64,000 nt of DNA from Acidimicrobiaceae bacterium (GTDB lineage Bacteria; Actinomycetota; Acidimicrobiia; Acidimicrobiales; RAAP-2), in the NCBI GenBank assembly GCA_027306755.1, contig DAHUZE010000045.1, forward strand, positions 317 through 64,316. Reading direction: 5' to 3'. This document shows, piece after piece, positions 63,217 to 64,000 of the stretch. Both the position numbers and the translations under genes were made by a program. The notes below the pieces were generated by a model. That model was given only the letters and a program-made list of their open reading frames with translations. It searched no databases and was not told the origin of the DNA. Numbering within the stretch: position 1 is the first letter of the stretch; every line of letters starts with the position of its first letter.

Positions 63217-64000
63217 ATGGCGGATGCCCCCCTCACCCTCATGTGCGTTCACGCCCATCCGGACGACGAGGCCATCTCGACCGGCGGGGTCCTGGCCCGC
63301 TACGCGGACGAGGGCGTCCGGACCGTGCTGGTGACCTGTACCAACGGGGAGCTCGGGGACGGTCCGGGCGGGATCAAGCCTGGCGAGCCGGGACACACAC
63401 CCCAGGCCGTGGCCACGGCCCGGCGCACCGAGCTGGAAGCCAGCTGCTCGGCGCTCGAGGTGGGCAGCCTGGAGATGCTCGGCTACCACGACTCGGGGAT
63501 GATGGGCTGGCCACAGAACGACGCCCCCGACGCCTTCTGGCATGCCGACGTGCACGCGGCGTCCACCCGGCTCGCAGCGCTCATCGAGCTCTACCGGCCC
63601 CAGGTGGTGGTCACCTACGACGAGAACGGATTTTACGGGCACCCGGACCACATCCAGGCGCACCGCATCACCGTTGCCGCACTGTCGACCACGAACGTGG
63701 TGGACAAGCTCTATTACCCCGCGGTCCCCCTCTCGGCCATCCCGCGGCTGGCCCAGCTCCTCTCCGACCACGGAATGGAGGTTCCCGCGGAGATCGAGGA
63801 TGCTCCGTTCGGGACCCCGGACGCCCAGATCAGCGCGGTGGTCGACGTGGCCGCGGTGACCGCTCGCAAGTACGACAGCCTTGCCGCCCACGCCAGCCAG
63901 GCTGAGAACATCTTCTTCCTCTCGATGGGGCGCGACGTGTTCGGAGACCTCTTCAAGGAGGAGGCGTTCGTGCGGGCCCAGGACCGCACCGGTGCCCCCC
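63217..64000 (+). CDS. PIG-L/LmbE-family deacetylase (MshB/Mca-like), 3'-truncated by the window end
   Basis: Hand-translated open frame from ATG 63217 to the window end: MADAPLTLMCVHAHPDDEAISTGG...VVTYDENGFYGHPDHIQAH. HPDDE and HPDH zinc motifs present. Absent from the ORF track, presumably because no stop falls inside the window. Confidence 0.8.
   Translation, partial: MADAPLTLMCVHAHPDDEAISTGGVLARYADEGVRTVLVTCTNGELGDGPGGIKPGEPGHTPQAVATARRTELEASCSALEVGSLEMLGYHDSGMMGWPQNDAPDAFWHADVHAASTRLAALIELYRPQVVVTYDENGFYGHPDHIQAHRITVAALSTTNVVDKLYYPAVPLSAIPRLAQLLSDHGMEVPAEIEDAPFGTPDAQISAVVDVAAVTARKYDSLAAHASQAENIFFLSMGRDVFGDLFKEEAFVRAQDRTGAP

Overview
This is a high-GC chromosomal segment, estimated by eye at about 70% GC. 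It carries the core gene order typical of Actinomycetota: hom-thrC-(no thrB)-rho-rpmE-prfA-prmC-tsaC-glyA-wecA-atpZ/I-atpBEFHAGDC. Many gene pairs are translationally coupled through ATGA, GTGA or TTGA overlaps. An ABC importer sits upstream of the core (71..4072). Downstream are several accessory blocks: a long-form dCTP deaminase and a PEBP protein; a membrane protein with a repeat tail; a divergent FAD-oxidase/Rieske-oxygenase pair plus upp; a five-gene minus-strand operon (29557..35094); a complete selenocysteine toolkit selA-selB-selD-tRNA(Sec) (35215..39487); a co-directional D-amino-acid/peptide scavenging block (PucR, CocE/NonD, M55 D-aminopeptidase, Dpp-type permeases and SBP, RpiR, class-II GATase); and a cell-surface module (CWB2 S-layer-like protein, YfhO-like membrane glycosyltransferase, membrane-anchored ECF sigma fusion). 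The strongest finding concerns two minus-strand ORFs in the track, 33934..35445 and 33514..33864. They are one gene interrupted only by an in-frame TGA that falls exactly on the first Cys position of a thioredoxin-fold W-C-x-x-C motif (ASW-U-GPC). This predicts a YVTN beta-propeller/thioredoxin-fold selenoprotein. It is transcribed divergently, 120 bp from selA, has a SECIS-like hairpin downstream of the UGA, and heads an operon of three GT2 glycosyltransferases and an Fcy1-type cytosine deaminase. No rRNA, CRISPR array, transposase or integrase was recognised. All family assignments come from motifs read by eye; no database search was run. The many long Arg/Gly/Pro-rich antisense ORFs in the track are treated as high-GC artefacts.
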